NCBI RefSeq assembly: GCF_014377975.1
Contig: NZ_JACMOO010000435.1
Coordinates: forward strand, 6,577-70,576
Direction of reading: 5' to 3'
DNA length: 64,000 nucleotides
DNA from: Ferruginibacter sp.
GTDB lineage: Bacteria > Bacteroidota > Bacteroidia > Chitinophagales > Chitinophagaceae
The notes beneath the pieces were generated by a model, which was given only the letters and a program-made list of their open reading frames with translations, was not told where the DNA came from and did no database searches. Every line of letters begins with the position of its first letter. The stretch's first letter is position 1. The position numbers and the translations under genes were made by a program. Positions 40,612 to 50,886 of this stretch are shown in pieces.

Positions 40612-42600
40612 CTATACTTCTTCCTCTTCGTCGGTATAAATTCTTCTTAATTTAAACCTGCTGGTTGGGGCTACCACCAATGGATATTTTTCAACCGATA
40701 CATTGCTTTGCTGCAGGCCAAAACCTTTTTCTTCGCTCAGAGAAATTTCTTTTATCCAGAAATAGAGATGCATGATGATGCGTTCCATAAAAGGCAATTC
40801 ATTGTCCTGCGATAAAAATTTTTCCATTACCACAAACTGAAAATCGCCTACTACATTGTTGCGCTGCTGGCTTTCATAACGGCTGGTAACATTCACTTCT
40901 TTATTGGCCACCAAATCTTCTACTACTTTTTTAAACATCAGGTTTATCCGCGGCGCTATCCGGAAGCCCAGCCTGAATTCTACGCGGATAATATCATTGG
41001 GAATAATATGATCTACGACGTACTCGCAGGTATAGGGATCATCCAATGTATCCAAATGTACAAACCAAAAAATATCGGCCCGTTTTGGCTTACCGCTCAA
41101 TATGCTGTAAATAATTTTGTGCTCAATTTCTTTGGGGTTATTGGCACTTGTCATATACACCAGATGGGTAGCGTATTTGGGTACTGTGGTATCATTACTC
41201 AATTCTTCCAGCTTTGGAACGTATTCTTCCATGCGAACAAATTCAACATACCTGTTTTTTATTTTTCGGCTGCGATACCACACGTACATTACCACAAACA
41301 GGCCGCCAGCAACCAGCAAAGCTATAAAGCCGCCATGCGGAAATTTATCGAGGTTGGCAAAAAGAAAACTTATTTCAATGGAGAGATACACCGCTAAGAA
41401 CAGGTAGATCCATATCCTTGCTGTTCTTCTCGAAATTAAATAATTGGCAAACAAAATAGTAGTGGACAGCATACACAAGGTAATGGCCAAACCATAGGCT
41501 GCTTCCATGGCACTGGAAGATTTAAAATACAATACAATGGAACAGCAGCCGATGAACAGTAAAAGGTTAATACCGGGGATATACAACTGGCCCTTTGCTT
41601 CGGATGGATAATTGATTTTCATTTTTGGCCACAGGTTCAGGCGGATGGCTTCGGCAATTAAAGTAAAGGAACCACTGATTAATGCCTGGCTGGCAATAAT
41701 GGCTGCTAAAGTAGCAATCACCAATCCTATCAGTCTGAACTGTTCGGGCATTACACCAAAAAAAGGATTAAAGCCACCCTTGATCATTTCATCTGAAATA
41801 ACATGGCCGCCGTGATGAGACAATAACCAGGCTCCCTGGCCAAGGTAATTTAATATAAGGCACAATTTTACAAATATCCATGAATACCGGATGTTGGCAC
41901 GGCCACAGTGACCAAGATCGCTGTACAACGCTTCTGCACCCGTGGTACATAAAAAAACGGCGCCCAATATCCAAAACCCTTTGGGATATTGGGTTAATAA
42001 TTTAAAGGCATAATAGGGATTAAAGGCTCTAAAAATTTCCCAGTCGTCGGTTAGGTGAATAAGGCCAAACACAGCAAGCATGCTGAACCAGATCATCATA
42101 ATGGGGCCAAACAATTTACCGATAGAAGCCGTACCAAATTGCTGTAAAAAAAACAGAAACAACAAAATACCCAGCACGATATAAATAATAGTACCCTGCT
42201 CAATATGTTTAAAGGCATCTATTTGTTTTAAACCCTCAATGGCCGATGCAACCGAGATAGGCGGGGTAATCATACCATCTGCCATCAGGGCTGCACCACC
42301 TATCATGGCAGGAATTACCAGCCATCTTTTTTGCCGCCTTACCAATGTATATAAAGAAAAAATACCACCCTCACCTTTGTTATCGGCCCTTAATGTAAGT
42401 ATTACATATTTAATGGTTGTTTGTAAAGTAAGGGTCCAGATAATACAGGATAATCCTCCTACAATGAGTAGTTCGCTTATTTCTTTACTGTTTACGATGG
42501 CGTTAAAAACGTACAATGGAGAGGTTCCTATATCTCCATAAATAATTCCTAAAGCAACAATTAAACCTGCGGCTGTTACCTTATTTACTGGCGTTGACAC
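40612..42600 (-). CDS. kup: KUP/HAK/KT potassium uptake protein
   Basis: GIIYGDIGTSPLY, ADNKGEGG, TGAEALYSDLGH; TACATTTG -7 element at 42672-42679. Confidence 0.95.
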   Translation of the reverse strand: MSTPVNKVTAAGLIVALGIIYGDIGTSPLYVFNAIVNSKEISELLIVGGLSCIIWTLTLQTTIKYVILTLRADNKGEGGIFSLYTLVRRQKRWLVIPAMIGGAALMADGMITPPISVASAIEGLKQIDAFKHIEQGTIIYIVLGILLFLFFLQQFGTASIGKLFGPIMMIWFSMLAVFGLIHLTDDWEIFRAFNPYYAFKLLTQYPKGFWILGAVFLCTTGAEALYSDLGHCGRANIRYSWIFVKLCLILNYLGQGAWLLSHHGGHVISDEMIKGGFNPFFGVMPEQFRLIGLVIATLAAIIASQALISGSFTLIAEAIRLNLWPKMKINYPSEAKGQLYIPGINLLLFIGCCSIVLYFKSSSAMEAAYGLAITLCMLSTTILFANYLISRRTARIWIYLFLAVYLSIEISFLFANLDKFPHGGFIALLVAGGLFVVMYVWYRSRKIKNRYVEFVRMEEYVPKLEELSNDTTVPKYATHLVYMTSANNPKEIEHKIIYSILSGKPKRADIFWFVHLDTLDDPYTCEYVVDHIIPNDIIRVEFRLGFRIAPRINLMFKKVVEDLVANKEVNVTSRYESQQRNNVVGDFQFVVMEKFLSQDNELPFMERIIMHLYFWIKEISLSEEKGFGLQQSNVSVEKYPLVVAPTSRFKLRRIYTDEEEEV

Positions 42601-42895
42601 TACTTTTTAATTTTTAGTACGATGGCTTTGGCAGCAGCGGTAAACGCTATTTCATACTGCAAATACCGTTGCAAATGTATATTGAAAGCCTTTATTTTGA
42701 ATAGAAAAATTTTAACACTCCGGTACTACCCTGGTTTCGGCAAAACAAAACTTATTTCGAATGTTTATTTTAAAATGTAAACAGGTTTGTAGCTGCCTGA
42801 ATTGTACCATAAAAAATGGAATGTTATGGACAACATTATACTTTTGTCTGCCAATAAAATACATCCGGCATTTACTTTATCTTTAATAAAATTGT

Positions 42896-44248
42896 ATGAT
42901 CAAATACTCCTTTCTTTTTTTCGTTGCCTTTTGTTTTATTTTTTTACAGGTGCCAGCGCAAAAAATGGTCTTAAAAAATATACATTCTTTCGGCGCAAAG
43001 GGAGATGGCAAAACAAATGATACAGAGGCATTTTTAAAAGCCGCTGCTTTTTTTAATGAACGGACGGGAAATGGTACACTGCTGATTCCAGAAGGTGTCT
43101 ACATCATCGGCAAACAACTTTTTAGTAACGGCGATGTAAATAAATCTACTTACCAGGGCATTCGCATTCTTGACTTTAAAAATAGCAATAACCTGATAAT
43201 ACAGGGAGAAAAAGGCACCCTGTTAAAATATGCAGATAATTTAAAATTTGGAAGTTTTGATCCTGTTACCGGTAACATATTTAATGGCAATAATCCTTCG
43301 CAACCTGATCCAAAATATGCAGGGGATATTGGTTATTGTATTGGTTTAACCGACTGCAAAAATATTACTGTTAAAACGCTTGTTTTAAATGGAAATAATA
43401 AAATGATTCAATTGGGTGGTTTGTATGATGACAAAGGAATTCAATTAATGCATGTAGGGATTTATATACACAATACACAAGGCGTTTATATCGATAATAT
43501 AAATGCCAGTTATTTTGCACTGGATGGCATTATAGTAACCAATGTTGCTTCTGATAAAAAGGACGATATTAATATTACGAATTCAATATTTGAATACAAC
43601 TTCAGGCAGGGATTATCATGGGTTGGAGGAAATTATCTGCAGGCAAAAAACTGCAGGTTTAATCATACGGGCAAAAGTGTTTATTGTTCTCCACCGGGCG
43701 CTGGTGTAGATATTGAGGCTGAAGTTGGTCCTATCACCAATGGTATTTTTGAGCATTGTGAGTTTATTGACAATACAGGCTGTGGCGTGGTAACCGGCGG
43801 CGGTGTTACCAGCAATTGTACATTTACCGATTGCACTTTTTGGGGAATTAATAACTGGTCAATTTGGGTAAGCGCACCCGCATTTACTTTTATTGGATGT
43901 AAAATATATGGTAGTATTGTACATGGATACAATGCATCCAATGCAACGGAAGCTACCCGTTTTATACGATGTTATTTTGAAGATAAAGCCTACAAAGGGC
44001 AACCTTCCTACGGCAAATATTTGCTGGAATGCGACGGGCCCAGAAGGATATCTTTTGACAGCTGCACATTCGTCCCGCATGCAAAACCAATTGCATGGCT
44101 AAATACAAGCAATGCAAAAACATCCGAAGAAAAAGCAACAATAAGCAACAGTCAATTTATAATTCCGGAAAAAGAAGGTAATAACACACCCGTATCTTTT
44201 TCGTTTATAAATTTTTTTAACAACACTACAGAATTTAAAAAATATTAA
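42896..44248 (+). CDS. Secreted right-handed parallel beta-helix (pectin lyase-like) protein
   Basis: Signal peptide, FGAKGDGKTNDTEAF, IPEGVY, repeated N/C ladder motifs, GVDIE. Confidence 0.85.
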   Translation: MIKYSFLFFVAFCFIFLQVPAQKMVLKNIHSFGAKGDGKTNDTEAFLKAAAFFNERTGNGTLLIPEGVYIIGKQLFSNGDVNKSTYQGIRILDFKNSNNLIIQGEKGTLLKYADNLKFGSFDPVTGNIFNGNNPSQPDPKYAGDIGYCIGLTDCKNITVKTLVLNGNNKMIQLGGLYDDKGIQLMHVGIYIHNTQGVYIDNINASYFALDGIIVTNVASDKKDDINITNSIFEYNFRQGLSWVGGNYLQAKNCRFNHTGKSVYCSPPGAGVDIEAEVGPITNGIFEHCEFIDNTGCGVVTGGGVTSNCTFTDCTFWGINNWSIWVSAPAFTFIGCKIYGSIVHGYNASNATEATRFIRCYFEDKAYKGQPSYGKYLLECDGPRRISFDSCTFVPHAKPIAWLNTSNAKTSEEKATISNSQFIIPEKEGNNTPVSFSFINFFNNTTEFKKY

Positions 44249-44354
44249 GCTGTAAAGAATAAAATGATGTGTTCTTATATTTTATTTTTATATACCCTTC
44301 GCCTCCAATAACTTTAATAATATCAAGGTGGTAAAAGCAAGTGTTACTTCATAG

Positions 44355-45608
44355 CTATTTTGTAATTTTTCCGGTTGATCCGGTTTCTCCTGGCATTAAT
44401 TCAAAAATAAAGTCTGGATTAAGACCTTCTTCTGCCCGGTGAGAAACATACAATACAGCCGTTTTACTTTCCATGGCTATTTTATTAATCAATGAAGTTA
44501 TAATAATCACATTGTGATCATCCAAACCGGCAGTTGGTTCGTCCAGTATCAACAGGGGCGGGTATTTTACCATGGCCCGTACAATTAATATCATGCGCTG
44601 TTGCCCCAACGAAAGCAGGTAAAAAGGTTTTTTCTTCAGCGGCAAATAACCAATCAATGCAAGCCATTCATTGGCTAATCGTATTTTTCTATCGGAGGGT
44701 TTTATGTACAAACCAACTGAATCATAAAAACCCGACAGCACCATTTGCTCTACACTATTGTACCTGCTAAATAAGTCTGTTATAGAGCTGGTAAAATAAC
44801 CAATCTTTTCTTTGATCGACCATACCGTTTCGCCACTTCCTTTTCTTTTTCCAAACAGTACCAGGTCTTGTCCGTAGCCTTTTGGATTATCGCCGGTGAT
44901 CATGGATAATAAAGTTGTTTTACCTGCACCATTCGGCCCCGTCAGTTGCCAGAATTCACCTGCATTAATTTGCCAGCAAATATTATTTACAATCATCCTG
45001 TCTTCGTATTGTACACTAACATTATTAAACTGAATAAGCGGATTATTAAATGTATTGTACGCATGATCGGATAAGGGTATGGTACCATTGAACAACGGTA
45101 TTTTTTTATCTTCCTGCTCCCGGATATAACCGGCAATGTTATTGAGGCGTACTATGCTGTTATCATCCGTAACACTCACTGCATTTTTTATAAAAGGCAG
45201 ATAATCTATTGCCCGGTTTATAAGCTGGATGATGGTAATGCGCTGGCCAATATCGTGGAGCATTGCCAGCAGTTTTTTTTGTGAATCAATATCAAGATTA
45301 TCGAAAGGATTATCAGCTATGATAAAGTCCGGCTCCTGTAAAAGCAAATAGTGCAGCAGAGCTTTTTTTTGCTCGCCCCCTGATAAAGAGCGCAAGTGCC
45401 GATTGGCTGTGGCAGCTACTTCTACCTGGTCGTGCCGCTCCTCCTCTTCTATAATTTCTTTTATGGAAAGGGCAGAAAACAATACTCCTTTTAATCCACT
45501 AAAGCCTTCAAAAACTGCAGGCAATTTATTACTTAATAACTGTTGTATCAATAACTGCTTGTTGGCATTATCCGTTAAAAAAACTGCCCAATGATTTTTG
45601 TTGTTCAT
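44355..45608 (-). CDS. ModF-like ABC ATP-binding protein
   Basis: Degenerate first ABC domain (LSGGEQKK, DNPFDNLD) and a complete second domain (GPNGAGKTTLLS.ITGDNP, LSLGQQR, LDEP). Confidence 0.85.
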   Translation of the reverse strand: MNNKNHWAVFLTDNANKQLLIQQLLSNKLPAVFEGFSGLKGVLFSALSIKEIIEEEERHDQVEVAATANRHLRSLSGGEQKKALLHYLLLQEPDFIIADNPFDNLDIDSQKKLLAMLHDIGQRITIIQLINRAIDYLPFIKNAVSVTDDNSIVRLNNIAGYIREQEDKKIPLFNGTIPLSDHAYNTFNNPLIQFNNVSVQYEDRMIVNNICWQINAGEFWQLTGPNGAGKTTLLSMITGDNPKGYGQDLVLFGKRKGSGETVWSIKEKIGYFTSSITDLFSRYNSVEQMVLSGFYDSVGLYIKPSDRKIRLANEWLALIGYLPLKKKPFYLLSLGQQRMILIVRAMVKYPPLLILDEPTAGLDDHNVIIITSLINKIAMESKTAVLYVSHRAEEGLNPDFIFELMPGETGSTGKITK

Positions 45609-45726
45609 GTTTTTCAAAATAATTTAAATGTACTCCGGTACTTTTCCCTAAAATAAATTACATAGAGATATTTGTAAAGAAATTAAAATTACTATTTTAA
45701 TCCTCCTGGTGCTGTACCAAAACACA

Positions 45727-45752
45727 GGCCCCTTACTTTGAAGTAAAGGGCC
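45727..45752 (-). terminator. Hairpin terminator downstream of ftsZ
   Basis: Minus strand ggccctttacttc-aaagtaaggggcc (U-G pair) followed by tgtgtttt. Confidence 0.6.
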
Positions 45753-45813
45753 ATTATACAAACTATGAGAATAAACAAAACTGAACGCCCTGCTGCACAC
45801 AAAGCGCATTGCG

Positions 45814-47709
45814 TCAATCTGGTTTTTTACCGTCTAAAAATGTGTTGATGGTGCCTATTTCGGCCTGGTTATTTTCATCTGATTTTACTGTATAGTTACT
45901 ATAAAAACTTTCTACATCCGCGATAGAATTGTGCAATTCCATATTGCGGCGAAGGTAAGCAGGTACCGTTTCAAACTCATTATTCGGATCGGCCGCGTTA
46001 ATATTGAATGACAAATTACGCAGTTTTGCAATGCGATCCATAGCCCGGCGCCGTAGTTCCTCCGTTTCGTCAGGCATTGCCCGCTCCTCAACATTGGACA
46101 TCATGATTGGCTGAGTTTGTTGTACAATTGGTTGTTGCTCTTCCTCCACCGCTTTTTGGGAATCCTTAACCACCATTTGCATTTCAAATAAAGGCTCGTC
46201 TTCCCTTACCGTAATCCGCAAAGAGGTTAGTTCTTCCGTAGTGTTGGATTTCGTGTCCGGCTGGTCCTCTACATATATATTCGAGGGCTTTGCCAAAAAA
46301 CCACCTGCAGACGATACAGGTGCGCTAGCTTCTTTATTGTGTAATGAAAATATCGTTTTGGTAATGGAAGTGGTTGCTGGTTTCTCAACAGGTATGGGTA
46401 GCTCGGGTATATCAAACTCTATTACAGGACTTTGATCTGAAGCCGAAGATATTTCAAAAAACACAGGTTCATCCTTTGATTTTTCCCCAGTAGTTTTACT
46501 AAGTAAATTTACCACAGCTACTTCATGGGTTGATGCTGCTACAGGCATTGCTACTTCATGCGCTATTTTTTCAACCGGGTTTTCTTTTATTTTAATTGCT
46601 GGTTTTAGCACTTCCATATCTTCAAATTGCAATGTGGGCTGCTGCATTTTCACCACTTCCTTTTCGGGTGTTGCCAGGGTCATAACAATCTTATCATCTT
46701 TCTTTTGTTCTTTGGGTTGGTTAATGGTTTTTGCAAACGGATCTTTGTGTTCAAAGCCTGTTGCAATCAGCGTAATACTGATGGCTGCGCCCAGCGAATT
46801 ATCATAGCCCAATCCTAAAATCACATCACTGTCGGGGCCTGCCTGCGCCATTAAATAATTCTGGATAACCTCTACCTCATCCATGGTAAATTCATTCTCT
46901 CCTTCGCAACTGTTGATGTTGATGAGAATCCATTTAGCGCCGCGGATATCATTGTCATTCAACAGCGGAGAGTTCAATGCATTTTCAATGGCCATCTGTG
47001 CCCTGTTTTCACCTTCGGCAGATGCGCTGCCTAAAATGGCAACACCACCCTTGCTCATTACCGTACAAACGTCGGCAAAATCCACGTTTATCTGGCCAGT
47101 GCTGTTAATTACATCCGTGATACATTTGGCTGCTGTAGCCAGTACATTGTCTGCTTTGGCAAAAGCCTCCTTCATTTTTAAATTACCAAACTGGTGGCGC
47201 AATTTATCATTGCTTATTACCAGCAAAGTGTCTACATGATCTTTCAGTAAACTGATACCCGCTTCTGCCTGCGCAAGTCTTTTTTTACCTTCATAAGCAA
47301 ACGGTGTAGTAACAATACCTACGGTAAGTATACCCAGATCTTTACAAATTTTTGCAAGAATCGGAGCGCCCCCCGTGCCGGTACCACCGCCCATGCCTGC
47401 TGTAATAAATGCCATTTTGGTATTCACTTCCAGGATGCGTTTTATTTCTTCCAGGCTTTCTTCTGTAGCCTGTTTACCAATATCCGGGTTAGCGCCCGCC
47501 CCAAGGCCCTGCGTTAAATGTGGCCCCAACTGAATTTTATTGGGCACTTTACTTTGAGCTATGGCTTGTGCATCTGTATTGCAGATGATGAAGTTTACGC
47601 CTTCAATATTTTGCGAAAACATGTGGTTCACCGCATTGCTTCCGCCACCACCAACACCAATCACTTTAATGATTGACGATTGTTCTTTTGGCAAATCAAA
47701 ATGTATCAT
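45814..47709 (-). CDS. ftsZ: Cell division protein FtsZ with a long C-terminal linker
   Basis: IKVIGVGGGGSNA, GMGGGTGTGG, NVDFADV, VPAYLRR; start MIHFDLPKE. Confidence 0.98.
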   Translation of the reverse strand: MIHFDLPKEQSSIIKVIGVGGGGSNAVNHMFSQNIEGVNFIICNTDAQAIAQSKVPNKIQLGPHLTQGLGAGANPDIGKQATEESLEEIKRILEVNTKMAFITAGMGGGTGTGGAPILAKICKDLGILTVGIVTTPFAYEGKKRLAQAEAGISLLKDHVDTLLVISNDKLRHQFGNLKMKEAFAKADNVLATAAKCITDVINSTGQINVDFADVCTVMSKGGVAILGSASAEGENRAQMAIENALNSPLLNDNDIRGAKWILININSCEGENEFTMDEVEVIQNYLMAQAGPDSDVILGLGYDNSLGAAISITLIATGFEHKDPFAKTINQPKEQKKDDKIVMTLATPEKEVVKMQQPTLQFEDMEVLKPAIKIKENPVEKIAHEVAMPVAASTHEVAVVNLLSKTTGEKSKDEPVFFEISSASDQSPVIEFDIPELPIPVEKPATTSITKTIFSLHNKEASAPVSSAGGFLAKPSNIYVEDQPDTKSNTTEELTSLRITVREDEPLFEMQMVVKDSQKAVEEEQQPIVQQTQPIMMSNVEERAMPDETEELRRRAMDRIAKLRNLSFNINAADPNNEFETVPAYLRRNMELHNSIADVESFYSNYTVKSDENNQAEIGTINTFLDGKKPD

Positions 47710-47951
47710 AGTTTGTTTTCTCCTAAATACAGTTTCCTTAAATGAATTAATATGAAACTGCATTTTTTAATTTAGGCACATTATTTTTCAGTTAGTAAGG
47801 CAGAAAAAATATGCTGTTATTGTAAATGGGGTTAGTGATAAAAGTGCATTATTTATTGAGCATTTATAAAAACCTTTTATTAAATAAGCCTGGTTCGTCT
47901 ATCTATCTTTCAAATGTTCTTCCGCCGCGGCGAAAAGATAGTTGGTGCGCT

Positions 47952-49376
47952 TTATAACTTCGAATCTTCCTCTTCTTTAAACAGGTCTATCAGTCCAATT
48001 TTAAAAGAGTCCATAAATCCCTTTAATGATTTCCGTTCTTTTACTTTTACAACTTTTACCATGTCTTCTTCTGGTGCTTCCTTAACCGTATCAAGGGTTT
48101 CATCTACTGGTAACTGCTGTAAAGCCCTTGGTACTTCCACCTTGCGGAATTGCTCATCAAAACGCTTGTTCTTATTTTCAAAATCATTGTATCCCTTTAA
48201 TATTAAACCAATACAGGTGCTGTACATTGGTTTTGCCAGTTCATCAATATGTCCACCCGCCAGATGTTCGTTCGGGTAGCCGATCCTTGCATTTAAACCC
48301 GTAACATATTCTGTTAACTGTATCAGGTGTTTTAACTGAGATCCGCCGCCGGTGAGTATTACACCCCCATTAAGCAAGCGGGTATCCAATCCAACCTGTT
48401 TTAAATGATAGCTTACAAAATCCATTATTTCACTCATGCGTGCCTGTATAATGCTGGCCAGATTTTTAACACTTATTTCTTTTGGCTGCATACCACGCAA
48501 ACCCGGGATAGTTATAAAAGCGTTGGCTTTTGCTTCGTCGGCCAACGCACTGCCAAACTGCACTTTCATTTGTTCGGCCTGTGTTTTTAAAACCCCCAGT
48601 CCGTTTTTAATATCGTTGGTAATATTTTCGCCACCAAAGGGAATTACCGCGGTGTGTTTTAAAATGCCTTCGTAAAAAACTGCAAGGTCTGTAGTACCGC
48701 CACCAATATCAACAATGGCCACACCTGCTTCCAGGTCCTGGTCGCACATTACGGCTGCCGCAGATGCCAGTGGTTGTAACACAAGATCCTGCGTTTTTAA
48801 TCCTGCTTTTTCAACACTGCGGTTAATATTGCGAATGGCATTTTTGTCGCCGGTGATGATGTGAAAGTTAGCACCCACTTTTACGCCGCTGTAGCCAATG
48901 GGGTTCGGAATATTTTGAAAATTATCTACTGTAAATTCCTGCGGAATAACATCAATAATCTGGTCGCCTGCCGGAATGTAAGTGCGGTACTGATCTGCAA
49001 TCAGCCGGTCAATTTCTTCCTGCCTGATTTCTTCTTCTGTTGTTTGGCGAACAATATCGCCACGGGTTTGCAAACTTTTAATATGATGGCCTGCAATACC
49101 AACATATACTTCACTCAGCACCAGGTTAGGGTTTGAAGCATAACAGTTTTCCAATGCCGTTTGAATTGCCTTGATCGTTTGATCTATATTCAGTACCATT
49201 CCATGTTGTACGCCATTACTGTTGGCACGGCCAAAGCCGAGTATCTCCAGTTTGCCATATTCGTTTTTGCGTCCGGCAATGGCTGCAATTTTTGTAGTAC
49301 CGATATCCAGACCAACAATAACAGGATTGGTATTAGCCACCCCGCTTTCATTTGCTGTGTTTTGTTCGTTGCTCAT
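47952..49376 (-). CDS. ftsA: Cell division protein FtsA
   Basis: VGLDIGTTKI, VDIGGGTTD, ILTGGGSQL. Confidence 0.97.
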   Translation of the reverse strand: MSNEQNTANESGVANTNPVIVGLDIGTTKIAAIAGRKNEYGKLEILGFGRANSNGVQHGMVLNIDQTIKAIQTALENCYASNPNLVLSEVYVGIAGHHIKSLQTRGDIVRQTTEEEIRQEEIDRLIADQYRTYIPAGDQIIDVIPQEFTVDNFQNIPNPIGYSGVKVGANFHIITGDKNAIRNINRSVEKAGLKTQDLVLQPLASAAAVMCDQDLEAGVAIVDIGGGTTDLAVFYEGILKHTAVIPFGGENITNDIKNGLGVLKTQAEQMKVQFGSALADEAKANAFITIPGLRGMQPKEISVKNLASIIQARMSEIMDFVSYHLKQVGLDTRLLNGGVILTGGGSQLKHLIQLTEYVTGLNARIGYPNEHLAGGHIDELAKPMYSTCIGLILKGYNDFENKNKRFDEQFRKVEVPRALQQLPVDETLDTVKEAPEEDMVKVVKVKERKSLKGFMDSFKIGLIDLFKEEEDSKL

Positions 49377-49459
49377 AGTTTGTGTGTTTGTATGTGTTTG
49401 TGTGTGTGTTTTCTATTTTTTGTTTACTGAACTTTAAGTCCCATCCTGTATTATAAATA

Positions 49460-49510
49460 TTTTGCTATCATTTTATCTTTAGTCAACATCGCTGTGTCAC
49501 TCACTTTTAC
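49460..49510 (-). repeat. ~55-bp intergenic repeat, copy E (GTGACAC subtype)
   Basis: Minus strand gtaaaagtgagtgacacagcgatgttgactaaagataaaatgatagcaaaa. Confidence 0.65.
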
Positions 49511-49638
49511 CGCATACCTTTTTTTAACTTTTATCTAAGCGTATGGGCTGCATTCAATTGCTGTTGTTATCATTTTTTGTTATTGTTCAATAAAATTTCT
49601 CTTTTACTCCTTTACTATTTTATGCTTTCAAACGTATG

Positions 49639-50886
49639 TTAATATTCATTGCCCGCTTTTTTAACCGCCGGTTTAGCCGGAGGTTTGGTTATTGGTTTTG
49701 GCAATAATGCCTTTGGTTTTACCATAGGTTTTAATGCTGGCTTTAATACTGGTTTTAATGCTGGTTTTACAACTGCCCGTTTTAATTTTACTGCTGTGTT
49801 TACTTGCTTTTCCGTTACCGCTTTTTTTACCGGTAACAATATTGGTTTAGGCACTTTTATAACAGCCGGTTTTATACCAGGGGCTTGCTTTACAACTGCA
49901 TCAGTTTGTGGCGAAAGTCTTTTTCGGGCAAAGGCGTCATGCTCGTCATCCCGTTGTATTGACTGTTGTATTAAATCAATGCTGGTAGTATTGTTTTCAT
50001 TATCGGCTGCAATGCTGTGCATCGAATCGTTTGACAATCGTTCCGTATTTTCAGCCATCGCCTGCATCAATTGTACAGTACGCAGACTATCGGATGATTT
50101 ATCTTCTGCACCTTTTCTTTTGGCAACCACCTGCCCTTTGTATTGCACATTTATTTCGTTGTATCTATTCCATCCTGCTTTTACCATTACGTCTTTGTAA
50201 AATAATTGCAGCTTATAAAATTTTTCTTCTACATCTGTTGCATCGCCAAAAACAATTATCGAGTTACCAATTTTTGGCACCATTTCAAAGTTTCTTTGCG
50301 GGGTTATATCTACCTGGTCAATCATAGCCATCGTAAACCTGTCTTTTTGTATGGCCATACTAACGGTTAAAATATCTTTTAATAAAGCACTGTCCTGCGG
50401 TAATAAAACAATCTTATCCGAAGGAAACCCGGTAAATACAGGCAACCTGGCCGAAAACTTTTCACTCAATGGCAACATGGTGAGCGAACTGTCAATGTAG
50501 AAAGTAGTGCCGGTAGTAGTAAATACTCTTGCCACGGGTTCCCTTTCTATCACCTTTACCATTAGCTTGTTATTGTTATCAAAAAACAATTGAGCTGTTT
50601 TAACCCAGATGTCTTTTTGCAACGAGTTTTCCAATAGTTTTAAATCAAAAGCACTGGTTGCTTTACCCGTTGCACTGCCACCAACAATACCGTTAATTAT
50701 ATTGAGTATATCTTTTTTATCAACAAAAAAATTATTACTCACTCCTTCAATGGCAATGCTTATCCCACTGCAATGTTGCGCATCCTTTCTTTTGATAGCG
50801 GCTACCAGCAATACAATAACTCCAACAGCTGTGGCAAGCCATACGGAAGTCATTATCCATTTTACTATCGTTTTTTTATTTGCCAG
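49639..50886 (-). CDS. ftsQ: Cell division protein FtsQ/DivIB with a Pro/Lys-rich tail
   Basis: TM helix, POTRA-like region (EREPVARV, FYID), GWNRYNEINVQYKGQVVA; dcw position. Start is either CTG at 50886 or ATG at 50853. Confidence 0.85.
   Translation of the reverse strand: MANKKTIVKWIMTSVWLATAVGVIVLLVAAIKRKDAQHCSGISIAIEGVSNNFFVDKKDILNIINGIVGGSATGKATSAFDLKLLENSLQKDIWVKTAQLFFDNNNKLMVKVIEREPVARVFTTTGTTFYIDSSLTMLPLSEKFSARLPVFTGFPSDKIVLLPQDSALLKDILTVSMAIQKDRFTMAMIDQVDITPQRNFEMVPKIGNSIIVFGDATDVEEKFYKLQLFYKDVMVKAGWNRYNEINVQYKGQVVAKRKGAEDKSSDSLRTVQLMQAMAENTERLSNDSMHSIAADNENNTTSIDLIQQSIQRDDEHDAFARKRLSPQTDAVVKQAPGIKPAVIKVPKPILLPVKKAVTEKQVNTAVKLKRAVVKPALKPVLKPALKPMVKPKALLPKPITKPPAKPAVKKAGNEY
49728..49775 (-). 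repeat. 12-bp tandem repeat encoding (KPAL/KPVL)n in the FtsQ tail
   Basis: ggttttaatgct ggctttaatact ggttttaatgct ggttttacaact. Confidence 0.7.

Noticed and set aside
42601-42670. Riboswitch in the kup leader
   Set aside because: The leader is only about 65 nt with one modest hairpin and no recognisable c-di-AMP or other aptamer consensus.
45814-46750. Very long FtsZ C-terminal linker as a novelty
   Set aside because: Long acidic linkers are typical of Bacteroidota FtsZ.
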